From an uncultured Thermoanaerobaculia bacterium (GTDB lineage Bacteria > Acidobacteriota > Thermoanaerobaculia > Thermoanaerobaculales > Sulfomarinibacteraceae): a DNA stretch of 64,000 nucleotides. Numbering within the stretch: position 1 is the first letter of the stretch; every line of letters starts with the position of its first letter. Shown in pieces: positions 9,249 through 18,303 of the stretch. Where the stretch lies: NCBI GenBank assembly GCA_964641415.1, contig CAZXMW010000006.1, forward strand, positions 2,088-66,087, read 5' to 3'. A program made the position numbers and the translations under genes. The notes below the pieces were generated by a model that saw only the letters and a program-made list of their open reading frames with translations, searched no databases and was not told where the DNA came from.

Positions 9249-10926
9249 GGTCGGCCTCCGGCAGCTCGTCGGGGTGCAGGCGCTCGCCTCGGTCGAGCCG
9301 CGAACACGCCCAATCGAAGATGACCGTGTCGTAACGCTTCAGACTGTCCCGTCTCTTTCCCAGCGAGCTCAGCACGAGCCGCATCCGGTGGTTGTCGGCG
9401 AAGGCGTCGCGGTGGCGGTCGAGAAAGGCCCAGTAGAGGTGAGTGATCGGACAGTCGTTCTTCGGGTCGAAGTCGCAGTCCGGGCAGTAGTCGCTCATGC
9501 GATGGATGTAGGCGGCGCCGGACACGTAGGGCTTGGTTGTCATGAGCGGGCCGACCCCGTAGCTGCCCATGGCGAGCACATTGGGCTCGACCACCCAGTC
9601 GTAGGCGTCACAGTAGGCGATCCAGAACCAGTCGGTGAGTTCTCGGGGCGCGACGTCGAGCAGGGAGGCGAGATTGGCGAGCACCATGAGCCTGCTGATG
9701 TGGTGGCTCCAGGCCTCGGACCAGACGTCGTCGACGACGCGGTCGAGGCAGTCCAAACCTGTCGGGTTGCCGGGCCAGTAGCCCACCGGAAGCGGCCGGT
9801 CGGCGCCGAGCGCGGACGGCGCCGCGCCGCCGTCGGGGGCGCCTTCGGCGGTGTCGTCCGGCCACGACCGGCCGGCCCAGCGTCCCCAAGCGCCGTCGCC
9901 GGGGGTCTCCCGCACGGCGGGCGGCTCGCCGCCGGGCAGCTCGCGGAAGCCGTCCGTCCGCTCGTGCACCCGATACATGAACTCGCGCCAGCCGAGCACC
10001 TGGCGGATGAAGCCCTCCCGGCTGGCGAGGGGCAGGTCCATGGCCGCGGCGTCGGCGACCACCCGCTCGGGCAGCAGGCGGAGGATGTTGAGCAGCGGCG
10101 AGATCCGGGTGTGGAACAAACCGCGGCTGGTCCGCGACAGAGCGTCCTCGTACGGGCCGAAGGTCGGCAGGCACTCGTCCCGGGCCCAACGCCAGAGCCG
10201 CTCGGCGTCGCCGGCGGTGGCGGGCAGCGCCGCGAGGTCGACCTCTCCGGGGTGGTCGCCGAATCGGGTCTCGATGAGCTCGGCGACCTCGAGGCTGATC
10301 TCGTCGGCCTCGAACGACGGCGGTTCGGGCGCCGGCGGTTCGCCCGGCCACGGCTTTCGATTGTCGGCATCGAAGCTGTACTTGCCGCCGACCGGCTTGC
10401 CGTCCTCCATGAGCAGTCCGGTTCGGCGACGCATCTGCCGGTAGAAGGCGTCCATTCGCCACGGCGGGCGTGTCTTCTGGCTCGAGGCGAAGTCGTCTTC
10501 GGTTGACAACCAGCCCTCGTGGGCGGTTTCGAGCAGTCCTCCCGACGCCACCAGAGGCGCGAGATCCGCGCGCAGCTCGCGCTCGGCCGGTCGCATGACC
10601 GTGAGCGGCCCGAGCTCCGAGATCACGGGCTCGAGGGCGCGGTGGTAGGGGCCGTCGGCGACCTCGACCCGGACCGCCACGCCGCGCGCCGCCTGCTCGA
10701 GGGCGAAGTGCCGGCCATTGGCCAGGATCAGCGCGAGCTTCTGGCGGTGGTAAGGTCGACGCGAGGCCTTCCAGGGACTCTCGACCATGACGATCCCGAG
10801 CTCGTCAGGATCGTGCCCGGACAGCGGTCCGATCCGATCGGTGAGCTGGTCGTAGGGTACGTAGATCCATCGCCGTCCCCCGGGGTCGGGCTGGCGGTCG
10901 GAGAGGGCGCGGGCGAAGCGGCTCAC
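9238..10926 (-). CDS. cryptochrome/photolyase-family protein of the Fe-S type (FeS-BCP, PhrB/CryB-like, COG3046-like)
   Basis: C-terminal two thirds of ORF 9238..11295. Blocks WIYVPYDQL, HRQKLALILANGRHFA, GGKYSFDADNRKPW, GFIRQVLGWREFMY. The C-terminal Cys cluster DYCPDCDFDPKNDCP fits the 4Fe-4S ligands of this subfamily. The start is uncertain (GTG 10926 or 10935), and the divergent SDR gene limits it to below 11014. Confidence 0.75.
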   Translation of the reverse strand: MSRFARALSDRQPDPGGRRWIYVPYDQLTDRIGPLSGHDPDELGIVMVESPWKASRRPYHRQKLALILANGRHFALEQAARGVAVRVEVADGPYHRALEPVISELGPLTVMRPAERELRADLAPLVASGGLLETAHEGWLSTEDDFASSQKTRPPWRMDAFYRQMRRRTGLLMEDGKPVGGKYSFDADNRKPWPGEPPAPEPPSFEADEISLEVAELIETRFGDHPGEVDLAALPATAGDAERLWRWARDECLPTFGPYEDALSRTSRGLFHTRISPLLNILRLLPERVVADAAAMDLPLASREGFIRQVLGWREFMYRVHERTDGFRELPGGEPPAVRETPGDGAWGRWAGRSWPDDTAEGAPDGGAAPSALGADRPLPVGYWPGNPTGLDCLDRVVDDVWSEAWSHHISRLMVLANLASLLDVAPRELTDWFWIAYCDAYDWVVEPNVLAMGSYGVGPLMTTKPYVSGAAYIHRMSDYCPDCDFDPKNDCPITHLYWAFLDRHRDAFADNHRMRLVLSSLGKRRDSLKRYDTVIFDWACSRLDRGERLHPDELPEADHDG

Positions 10927-11013
10927 GGCGAGCACTGCCGGTGGATGATGGAATTCGGGCGATGCTCGAACGCATTCGGCGATGGGAAGAACAGCAAGAC
11001 GAAGGAGTCCAGC

Positions 11014-11763
11014 ATGAGTGACGCACCAGTGTACGTGATTCTCGGCGGCTCGGGCGGTATCGGCTCGGCGCTCGCCCGGCAGCTCGACGCCCGCGGCGCG
11101 CGACTCCTGCTCGCGGCCCGCGACCGTGACCGCCTCGAAGGTGTCGCCGCCGGCCTCGGCGCGGCGAAGGTCGCCGAGGTCGAGGGCACCGACCCGTCGT
11201 CGGTGGAGGCGGTGGTCAAGCAGGCCGCCGATGGTTTCGGTCGGGTCGACGGCATCGTCAACTGCGTCGGGTCGATCCTGCTCAAAGCGGCACACCAGAC
11301 CTCGACCGACGAGTGGCGGGCCACCCTCGCGGCGAATCTCGACTCGGCCTTCGCCGCGGTGCGGGCCGGCGCCAAGGTGATGCGCAGGGAGGGCGGCGCC
11401 ATCGTCCTCATGTCTTCAGCGGCGGCGCGGGTCGGGCTGCCGAGCCACGAGGCCATCGCCGCCGCCAAGGCCGGCGTCATCGGGCTCGGGCTGTCGGCGG
11501 CGGCGACCTACGCCGCCAAGAACATCCGGGTCAACGTGGTCGCGCCGGGGCTGGTCGACACCCCCATGGCGGCAGGCATCACCGGCAACGAGCTCATGCT
11601 CAGGGCATCGGCCGCCATGCACCCCCTGGGCCGCATCGGACAACCCGACGAGGTGGCGCGGGCCATTGTCTGGCTGCTGTCGGACGAGGCATCGTGGGTC
11701 ACCGGGCAGGTGATCGGTGTCGACGGCGGGTTGGGGACCCTGCGGGCGAAGGCCTCGGCCTGA
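11014..11763 (+). CDS. SDR family oxidoreductase
   Basis: GAAGGAG at 11001-11007 precedes ATG 11014. Motifs: ILGGSGGIGSALA (TGxxxGxG-type), NCVG, and SSAAARVGLPSHEAIAAAKAG (catalytic YxxxK position is HxxxK here). Confidence 0.85.
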   Translation: MSDAPVYVILGGSGGIGSALARQLDARGARLLLAARDRDRLEGVAAGLGAAKVAEVEGTDPSSVEAVVKQAADGFGRVDGIVNCVGSILLKAAHQTSTDEWRATLAANLDSAFAAVRAGAKVMRREGGAIVLMSSAAARVGLPSHEAIAAAKAGVIGLGLSAAATYAAKNIRVNVVAPGLVDTPMAAGITGNELMLRASAAMHPLGRIGQPDEVARAIVWLLSDEASWVTGQVIGVDGGLGTLRAKASA

Positions 11764-11929
11764 ACCGGAATCTCGCCGCACGGCGGAACCGCGCAGACCC
11801 TTTACACCAGATTCACATCAGGTTCTCCGGTTGATCACCTCGACCTTCCACTGTTGGCCCGGCTCGGCGCGACGCGCTGAAGGTCTGCGGATGCGCGGTG
11901 CGCAGTGTTCATGGAAGAAGGAGGAAATC

Positions 11930-14581
11930 ATGAGAGGACGTGTGATTTCGGTGATCTGCCTCGCGCTGTTCCTGGCACTCGCCAGCGCCGCGCCGGCTCG
12001 GGCCCAGGCCACCGGCACCATCGAGGGCACGGTCGTCGATCCCGAGGGCAACCCGGTTGCCGGTGCTGAGGTGACCGTCGTCGGCAGCCGGGTCGAGACC
12101 GTGACCGACCGATTGGGCGAGTTCCGGCTCGCGCCGGTTCCGACCGGTGAGCAGCAGTTGTCGGTCCGCTATCTGGGCCTGGCCGACCAGACCGTCGGCG
12201 TGGAGGTCGTCGCAGGGGCCACGGCGTCCGCTGACGTCACGATGACGCTCACGGCCTTCACCGGCACGGTGACCGTGGCCGGCGACCCGATCCTCGCCGG
12301 TCAGGCCCAGGCCCTGAGCGAGCAGAAGGTCGCCCCCAACATCGTCAACGTGATCTCATCCGAGCAGATCCAGTTCTTCCCCGACACCAACGCCGCCGAG
12401 GCGACCCAGCGGGTGCCGGGTCTGTTCATCCAGCGCGACCAGGGCGAGGGCCGGTACGTGCTGATTCGCGGCACCGCCGCCGGTCTCAACCGGACCCAGA
12501 TCGACGGTGAGAACATCCCGTCGCCCGAGGGCGACATTCGCCAGGTCGCCCTGGACGTGATCCCATCCGACGTGCTCGAGACCATGCGGGTGTCCAAGGC
12601 GCTCACCGCCGACCAGGACGGCGACGCCATCGGCGGCATCGTCAACCTCGAGTTCAAGGAGGCGCCGGCGCGGCAGTTCCTCAACGCCACCCTGGGCGGG
12701 TACTACGGCGACCTGCGGGACGGCGACGGCGTCCAGGCGGGCTTGAGCTGGGGCAACCGCTTCGCCGACGACGCCCTCGGCGTCGTGCTGTCGGCGTCCT
12801 ACACCGACATCACCCGCAACACCGAGAACTTCGAGGCCGAGGACTACGAGAACGGCGTTCCCGAGGAGTTCCAGACCCGGGACTACAACGTCAACCGCGA
12901 GCGCCTGGGGCTGGTTGCCGCTCTCGACTGGCGGGCTTCGGCATCCAGCGTGGTCCGGATCAAGGGCATCTACAATGAGTTCGCCGACCAGGAGTTCCGG
13001 CGCCGGGTGATCTACAACCTCGCCGACGGCGAGATCGAGCGAGAGCTCAAGGATCGCTTCGAGGAGCAGCAGATCTGGAACGCCTACGTCGACGGCGAGA
13101 ATGTCTTCGACAACGGCGCCATGCTGAGCTATCGGCTGTCGTTCGCCCACGCCGAAGAGGCCGAGCCCAAGAGCAACAACCCGCTGTTCATCCAGGAGGA
13201 TGTCGAGTTCGACCCGTCCTTCGTCGGCGGCTGGTTCCAGCCGAATCCGCTGAACCAGGACGTCAACGAGTTCTTTTTCGACGAGCTCGAGACCAACGAC
13301 AATTTCACGGAAGAGGACAGCTTGATCGCGAGGATCGACTACTCGCAGCCCTTCGCCAACGGCAAGTGGTCGGTCGGCGCCAAGGTCCGCAGCAATGAGA
13401 AGACGAGAGACGACACGGTCTTCGTCTACGAGATCGACGATGATCTCAGGCTCAGCGACTTCACCGATTCCGGCTACTTCGAGGGTCGCATCGTCCAGGA
13501 TCAATACATCTCCGGGCCGGCCGTGGATCCCGCCGCCGTCGGACGGATCCTGTCGCTGCCGGGGATCGAGGGCGAGAAGGACCTCGAGGAGGATCTCGCC
13601 GACTACGACGCCGTCGAGGATGTCTGGGCGGTATACGGCATGACCGAGATCTATCTCTCGGACTCCGTCATGCTCCTGCCCGGCGTCCGCTACGAGTACA
13701 CCGACGGTACCTACGACGCCTTCGAGTTCGACGAGGACGAGGAAACGCTGACGCCGGTCAGCAGCGCCAAGTCCTACGGCGAGCTGCTGCCCAACCTGCA
13801 CCTGCGCTGGGCAATTGACGAGGCGTCCAACCTGCGGGCTGCGGTGACCCGCACTCTGGGCCGGCCGAACTTCGAGGAGGTCGTTCCGTTCAGTCTGCTC
13901 ATCAGCGAGGACCGGGAGATCGAGCGCGGCAACGCCGACCTCGACCCGACCACCTCCTGGAACCTCGATCTCATGTACGAGCGCTACTTCACCACCGTCG
14001 GCATCGTTTCCGCAGGCTTGTTCTACAAGGACCTCCAGGATTACATCTTCCCCTTCACCTTCGACGAGCTCCGCGACGGCGAGGAGTGGCAGGTCTTCCA
14101 ACCGCTCAACGGCGACAACGCCACCCTGTGGGGCATCGAGCTCGCGTACCAAAATCAGTTCCGCCGCCTGCCGGCGCCCTGGGACGGCTTCGGCATCAAT
14201 CTCAACTACACCTGGACCGACTCGGAGGCGACCCTGCCCGAGCGCGACGGAAAGAGCCAACTGCCCGGCCAGGCCGAGAGCGTGGGCAACATCGCGATCT
14301 CGTACGAGAAGGGCTTCTTCTCCGGGATCCTGTCGTACAACGTCCAGGGCGAGTGGCTCGAGTCCGTGGGCGACGACGCGAGCGAGGACGAGTGGGTCGA
14401 CGAGCACACCCAGCTCGATTTCCAGGCCGTGTTCCGGCTCGGTTCGCAGTGGTCGATCTTCGCCCAGGTCTACAATCTGACCGATGAGCCCTATCGGCGG
14501 TACGTCGGCAGCTCCGATCTGCCGCTTCAGGAGGAGTACTACTCCTGGTGGGGGCTGCTCGGCGTCAAGTTCAACCTGTAG
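11930..14581 (+). CDS. TonB-dependent receptor with N-terminal carboxypeptidase-regulatory-like domain
   Basis: AGGAGG lies upstream of ATG 11930. Signal MRGRVISVICLALFLALASAAPARA. GTIEGTVVDPEGNPVAGAEVTV (CarbopepD_reg-like), plug region, long beta-barrel, terminal ...WGLLGVKFNL. Confidence 0.9.
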   Translation: MRGRVISVICLALFLALASAAPARAQATGTIEGTVVDPEGNPVAGAEVTVVGSRVETVTDRLGEFRLAPVPTGEQQLSVRYLGLADQTVGVEVVAGATASADVTMTLTAFTGTVTVAGDPILAGQAQALSEQKVAPNIVNVISSEQIQFFPDTNAAEATQRVPGLFIQRDQGEGRYVLIRGTAAGLNRTQIDGENIPSPEGDIRQVALDVIPSDVLETMRVSKALTADQDGDAIGGIVNLEFKEAPARQFLNATLGGYYGDLRDGDGVQAGLSWGNRFADDALGVVLSASYTDITRNTENFEAEDYENGVPEEFQTRDYNVNRERLGLVAALDWRASASSVVRIKGIYNEFADQEFRRRVIYNLADGEIERELKDRFEEQQIWNAYVDGENVFDNGAMLSYRLSFAHAEEAEPKSNNPLFIQEDVEFDPSFVGGWFQPNPLNQDVNEFFFDELETNDNFTEEDSLIARIDYSQPFANGKWSVGAKVRSNEKTRDDTVFVYEIDDDLRLSDFTDSGYFEGRIVQDQYISGPAVDPAAVGRILSLPGIEGEKDLEEDLADYDAVEDVWAVYGMTEIYLSDSVMLLPGVRYEYTDGTYDAFEFDEDEETLTPVSSAKSYGELLPNLHLRWAIDEASNLRAAVTRTLGRPNFEEVVPFSLLISEDREIERGNADLDPTTSWNLDLMYERYFTTVGIVSAGLFYKDLQDYIFPFTFDELRDGEEWQVFQPLNGDNATLWGIELAYQNQFRRLPAPWDGFGINLNYTWTDSEATLPERDGKSQLPGQAESVGNIAISYEKGFFSGILSYNVQGEWLESVGDDASEDEWVDEHTQLDFQAVFRLGSQWSIFAQVYNLTDEPYRRYVGSSDLPLQEEYYSWWGLLGVKFNL

Positions 14582-14601
14582 CACGAGGTCTGCTATCTTT
14601 T

Positions 14602-14637
14602 ATCGGCGCGGCCCGGTACCGGGTCGCGCCGATTTTT
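14602..14637 (+). terminator. rho-independent terminator-like hairpin between receptor and phytase genes
   Basis: ATCGGCGCGGCCCGGTACCGGGTCGCGCCGAT (9-bp outer plus 5-bp inner stem) followed by TTTTT. Confidence 0.65.
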
Positions 14638-14654
14638 CTCGAAAGGGCACGACG

Positions 14655-15701
14655 ATGACACGATCCAACTCGGTGGCTTTGATTGGCAGCGCGGCAGTGA
14701 TGGTATCGATGGTGCTCGGGTGCGCGACCGGCCCAGGACCCTCGATCGAGACGGTGATGGTCCCGGAAGCGTGGTCCTCGAAACCGGATCGCGCCGACAA
14801 CGTCGACTCGGTCGCGGTGTCGGTGGAGCGCGGCTGGGTCGTCGCGACCACCAAGAGTACCCACCAGCTGCTGGTGATCGATGCTTCCGACGGCTCGATC
14901 ATTCGCCGAGTGGGTTCGGAGGGCCCCGGTCTCGGTGAGTTCCGCCGGCCCAATGGGATCGCGATCATCGACGACCTCGTGCTCGTCGTCGAGCGGGACA
15001 ACCACCGCGTGCAGGTTCTCTCGCTGCCCGGCTTCGAGCCGCTCGGAGCGATCGGTGCCGAGGTGCTCGAGCGGCCGTACGGCATCGCGGTGGCGGCGTC
15101 GCATGTTGCGGTCGATCTGTGGGTGACCGACAACTTCGAGCTGCCGGAGGGCGACCCCACCGGCAACCCCCGGCTCGCCGAACGGGTGCGGCGCTTCCGG
15201 ATGGTTCGGATCGACGATGAAATCTCGAGCGAGTTGATCTCGAGCTTCGGCGAGACCGAGGGCGACGGCGCGCTGTGGAAGGTGGAGACCATCGCCGTCG
15301 ATGCGGCCAACGACGCGCTGCTCGTGGTCGACGAGACCGAGACTCGGATGGGGCTGCGGATCTACACCCTCGACGGCGAGTTCACCGGCGCGGTCGTCGG
15401 ACGCGATGTCTTCGAGGCCGAGCCGGAGGGCATCGGGCTGTGGACCGACGGCGATGACGGATTCTGGGTCGCGACCGACCAGCACTCCCGCCGGACCGTG
15501 TTCCACGTCTTCGATCGGGTGGGCTTCGCCCATCGCGGCGCTGTCGTCGGCGATCTCACGGGAAACACCGACGGGATCACGGTCGTCGACCGAGCGGTCG
15601 AACCGTTCACTGGCGGCGCCCTCTTCGCGGTGCACGACGATCGCGCGGTCACGGCTTTCGACTGGCGAAAAATTTCGTCGTCACTCGGGCTCGGGAACTG
15701 A
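14655..15701 (+). CDS. beta-propeller phytase-like lipoprotein
   Basis: Lipobox MVLGC. The C-terminal part EGIGLWTDGDDGFWVATDQHSRRTVFHVFDR...TDGITVVD...GALFAVHDDRAVTAFDWRKI parallels, from memory, the Bacillus BPP segment EGL.IYY..GKGYL.ASSQGNSSY.IY.R...TDGIDV...G.FVAQDG...NFK.V.WE.I. It lies next to TonB-dependent receptors, as reported for BPP phytases. Confidence 0.65.
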   Translation: MTRSNSVALIGSAAVMVSMVLGCATGPGPSIETVMVPEAWSSKPDRADNVDSVAVSVERGWVVATTKSTHQLLVIDASDGSIIRRVGSEGPGLGEFRRPNGIAIIDDLVLVVERDNHRVQVLSLPGFEPLGAIGAEVLERPYGIAVAASHVAVDLWVTDNFELPEGDPTGNPRLAERVRRFRMVRIDDEISSELISSFGETEGDGALWKVETIAVDAANDALLVVDETETRMGLRIYTLDGEFTGAVVGRDVFEAEPEGIGLWTDGDDGFWVATDQHSRRTVFHVFDRVGFAHRGAVVGDLTGNTDGITVVDRAVEPFTGGALFAVHDDRAVTAFDWRKISSSLGLGN

Positions 15702-15835
15702 AACGAATTCTCTCATTCGCTCATTGAGGCGAGCGTTGATTGGTCTGAGAAAACTTTGATCGGTGCAGGTGCGGGGTCGGAAGGAGTAGGCTGGGCCTCC
15801 AGTCCGCTGAGCGGATCCGAAGGGAGGCGCCGGGG

Positions 15836-17947
15836 TTGCTCTCGATCGATCGGCTGACGGCGATGGTGGCGATGCTGCTCATGGTGCTGCCCGGATCGGT
15901 CGGCACAGCAGACGATGATGATGACCCGAATGGCGCCGCCACGCGACCGGTTGTTCACGGAAGTATCGAGGTGACCGCCGAGGCGATCGAGATTCCGACG
16001 GCGACCATCGTCGGCCGGGAGGCCATCCGTTCGATCACGCCGCTCGGTGACGGTTCGGAGGTTTTGCGGGACGTTTCCGGCGTCGATCTCGGCCGGATGG
16101 GCGGCCACGGTCTCGAGCCATTCGTGCGAGGGTTGAGCCAGGGCGATCTCACGGTTCTGCTCGACGGGGCGAAGGTGCACGGCGGCTGTCCGAACCGGAT
16201 GGACCCGTCGACGTCGTACGCCGTCACCGAGACCACCGACAGCGTTGTGGTGATTCGGGGCGTTCAAACAATGCGATACGGTCCCGGGGCTCCGGGTGGC
16301 ACCGTGATCTATGATCGCGTCGCGCCGATTTTTGACGAGACCACCTGGGACGCCGAGGTGACGACCGGTGGTTCGAGCTGGTCGAACGATCCCGATCTGG
16401 CATTCGACGCCGCGATCGGGTTCGGCGACTGGAGCCTTCGCGCGCTGGGCTCGTCTCGCAACACCGACAATTACGAGGATGGCGACGGAGCCGAGGTTCG
16501 ATCGGGCGCCGAGAGCCGATCCGCCACCCTGATGGGGGGCTGGCGACCCGACGAGTTCACCATGCTCGAGCTCAGCTACGAGCGGTCACAGACCGATGAT
16601 GCACTGTTTGCCGGCGCCGGCATGGACTCACCCGAGACGATCACGGATCTGCTCCGGTTCCAGAGCGAGCGAGAGACCACGGACGGTCGACTGGGATGGC
16701 GGGTCGACGTCTTCGCGAATCAGGTGGACCACCTGATGGACAACTACTCGCTGCGGGAGCTGAGCGCTCCGGTGGCGATGCGGGCTTTGTCCGAGACCTC
16801 GACCCGGGGCCTGCGCGGTCACATCGATCTCGGTCGGCTGGCCCCGCTGATCGCCGGAGTGACGGTCGAGTCTGCCAACGCAGACGCCACGCTCTTCGCC
16901 GGCCCGAACCCGTTGATGATGTCGGTCGTGCAGTCGATCCTGTGGCCGGAGGTCACCAACACGCAGTTCGGAGTGTTCGTCGAGGGATCGACGGCCATCG
17001 GGAGCGCGACACGGCTCGTCTACGGTGCGCGGGTCGACCGCTTCAGCTCCGATGCCGGACGAGCCGACGAGGCGACCGTGGGCGGCAGCGGGCCTACACC
17101 CCGCCAGCTCTGGCGGAGCTACACGGGCAACGACGACGATGAGTGGTCGAGCACCGAGTTCGGCGGTCTCGTCCGCGTGCAGTACACCACGGGTGCGTGG
17201 CAGCTCTACGGCGGGCTGAGCCGGACCGCACGCGTGGCTGACGCCACCGAGCGGTTCCTCGGTGCGAACAGCTCCATGGCGCCCATGCGGTGGATCGGCA
17301 ACCCGGGCCTGGCCCCGGCGATCAGCCACCAGCTCGATCTGGGCGCCGGGTGGAGCACTGGGGACGCCGCGCTCGGTCTTGCCCTCTTCGCCGCGGACGT
17401 CGACGATTCCATCCTGCGGGATCGGGCGCACGGACAGCCGGATATTCTGCAGAACGACAACGCCACCGTCTACCGAAACGTCGATGCCAGGCGTTACGGG
17501 GCTGAGGCCGACATCTCGATCCGGTTCGCGGCCCCGCTCATGCTCAACGGGAGCCTCGCCTGGGTCTGGGCCCAGAACATCACGGATGATCGGCCCGTCG
17601 GCCAGACCCCACCGCTGCACGGCAACCTCGGCGTCGGCTGGAGCCACCGGAGCTGGGCAGGGGGTGGCGTGGTTCGCTTCGCGGCCGAGCAGGACCGGGT
17701 GGACGACGATCGAATGACCGGCAGCGGCCTCGACGCCGGACCGACGCCCGGCTGGGCGGTGCTTGACCTTTACGGCAGCATCGACATTGAATCCGGTTTC
17801 GGGATCCAGGCCGGGATCGCCAATGTCTTCGACGGGACCTACGCTAACCACCTGAATCGGGAGAGCCTGTTCGATCCGGAGCCGGTTCGCGTCAACGAGC
17901 CAGGCCGAACCTACTGGCTGCGGGTCAGGTGGCGCGGCGGGGGGTGA
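15836..17947 (+). CDS. oprC: TonB-dependent copper receptor, OprC/NosA-like
   Basis: Plug and barrel architecture. GAKVHGGCPNRMDPSTSY supplies a CxxxM pair and VDHLMDNY an HxM pair, matching the CxxxM-HxM copper site described for Pseudomonas OprC. The start codon (TTG 15836 or the downstream ATG of MVAMLLMV) is uncertain. Confidence 0.75.
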   Translation: MLSIDRLTAMVAMLLMVLPGSVGTADDDDDPNGAATRPVVHGSIEVTAEAIEIPTATIVGREAIRSITPLGDGSEVLRDVSGVDLGRMGGHGLEPFVRGLSQGDLTVLLDGAKVHGGCPNRMDPSTSYAVTETTDSVVVIRGVQTMRYGPGAPGGTVIYDRVAPIFDETTWDAEVTTGGSSWSNDPDLAFDAAIGFGDWSLRALGSSRNTDNYEDGDGAEVRSGAESRSATLMGGWRPDEFTMLELSYERSQTDDALFAGAGMDSPETITDLLRFQSERETTDGRLGWRVDVFANQVDHLMDNYSLRELSAPVAMRALSETSTRGLRGHIDLGRLAPLIAGVTVESANADATLFAGPNPLMMSVVQSILWPEVTNTQFGVFVEGSTAIGSATRLVYGARVDRFSSDAGRADEATVGGSGPTPRQLWRSYTGNDDDEWSSTEFGGLVRVQYTTGAWQLYGGLSRTARVADATERFLGANSSMAPMRWIGNPGLAPAISHQLDLGAGWSTGDAALGLALFAADVDDSILRDRAHGQPDILQNDNATVYRNVDARRYGAEADISIRFAAPLMLNGSLAWVWAQNITDDRPVGQTPPLHGNLGVGWSHRSWAGGGVVRFAAEQDRVDDDRMTGSGLDAGPTPGWAVLDLYGSIDIESGFGIQAGIANVFDGTYANHLNRESLFDPEPVRVNEPGRTYWLRVRWRGGG

Positions 17948-18021
17948 GGGAAAACGGTTCCTCGGGGGACCATCGCCTGCGGGGATGCTCCGAGGTGCGC
18001 TGACCGATACGAGCGTTGAGA

Positions 18022-18102
18022 CTTGTAGCGCCGATCTCCAGGTCGGCGCCGGCAGACCGGTGAAGTTCGGCCGGACGCCCGGCTGGAGCTGGGCGCTACA
18101 AG
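18022..18102. other. long imperfect hairpin / REP-like palindrome downstream of the receptor gene
   Basis: CTTGTAGCGCC (18022-18032) pairs perfectly with GGCGCTACAAG (18092-18102). The inner CTCCAG/CTGGAG and CCGGC/GCCGG pairs extend the stem. There is no T-run. Confidence 0.45.
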
Positions 18103-18124
18103 GGCCCTGGGAAACCGTTGATTA

Positions 18125-18300
18125 GTTCCCGTCCGGAAACGGCGCTTTTTGGCAATCTCGGCGTCAGATGACGAATTTCCTTGTGCGGCGTACAGAAGTA
18201 CGCCTCCGCGTAAATTCTGATCTTCCTTGACCTTGCACAAAAACCCCTCGTTTCCGAATCGAGAACTGCGCAGTCCCCATCGGGGTTTCCGGATGGAAAC
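18125..18300 (+). mobile_element. MITE-like element family A, copy 1 (176 bp)
   Basis: 16-bp terminal inverted repeats: GTTCCCGTCCGGAAAC ... GTTTCCGGATGGAAAC. Flanked by a perfect 6-bp direct repeat TGATTA (18119-18124 and 18301-18306). Visibly lower GC than its surroundings. Internal hairpins CGTCA-GA-TGACG and GGCGTAC-AGAA-GTACGCC. Differs from copy 3 at 3 positions and from copy 2 at 8. Confidence 0.8.
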
Positions 18301-18303
18301 TGA

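Noticed and set aside
12356-14584. Long antisense or out-of-frame ORFs opposite real genes (also 42206..44128, 30838..33003, 34252..35673, 9178..10506, 28663..29976 and many others)
   Set aside because: Each overlaps a gene with clear family motifs on the other strand or frame. Their translations are repetitive G/R/P/A/V/D-rich with no recognisable domains.
17911-18240. Recurrent ORF beginning MCKVKEDQ(N/S)LRGGVLLYAAQGNSSSDAEIAKKRRFRTGT (also 21063..21257 and 63287..63919)
   Set aside because: The shared part lies entirely inside the three MITE-A copies, and the ORFs diverge as soon as they leave the repeat. The similarity is DNA repetition, not a conserved protein.
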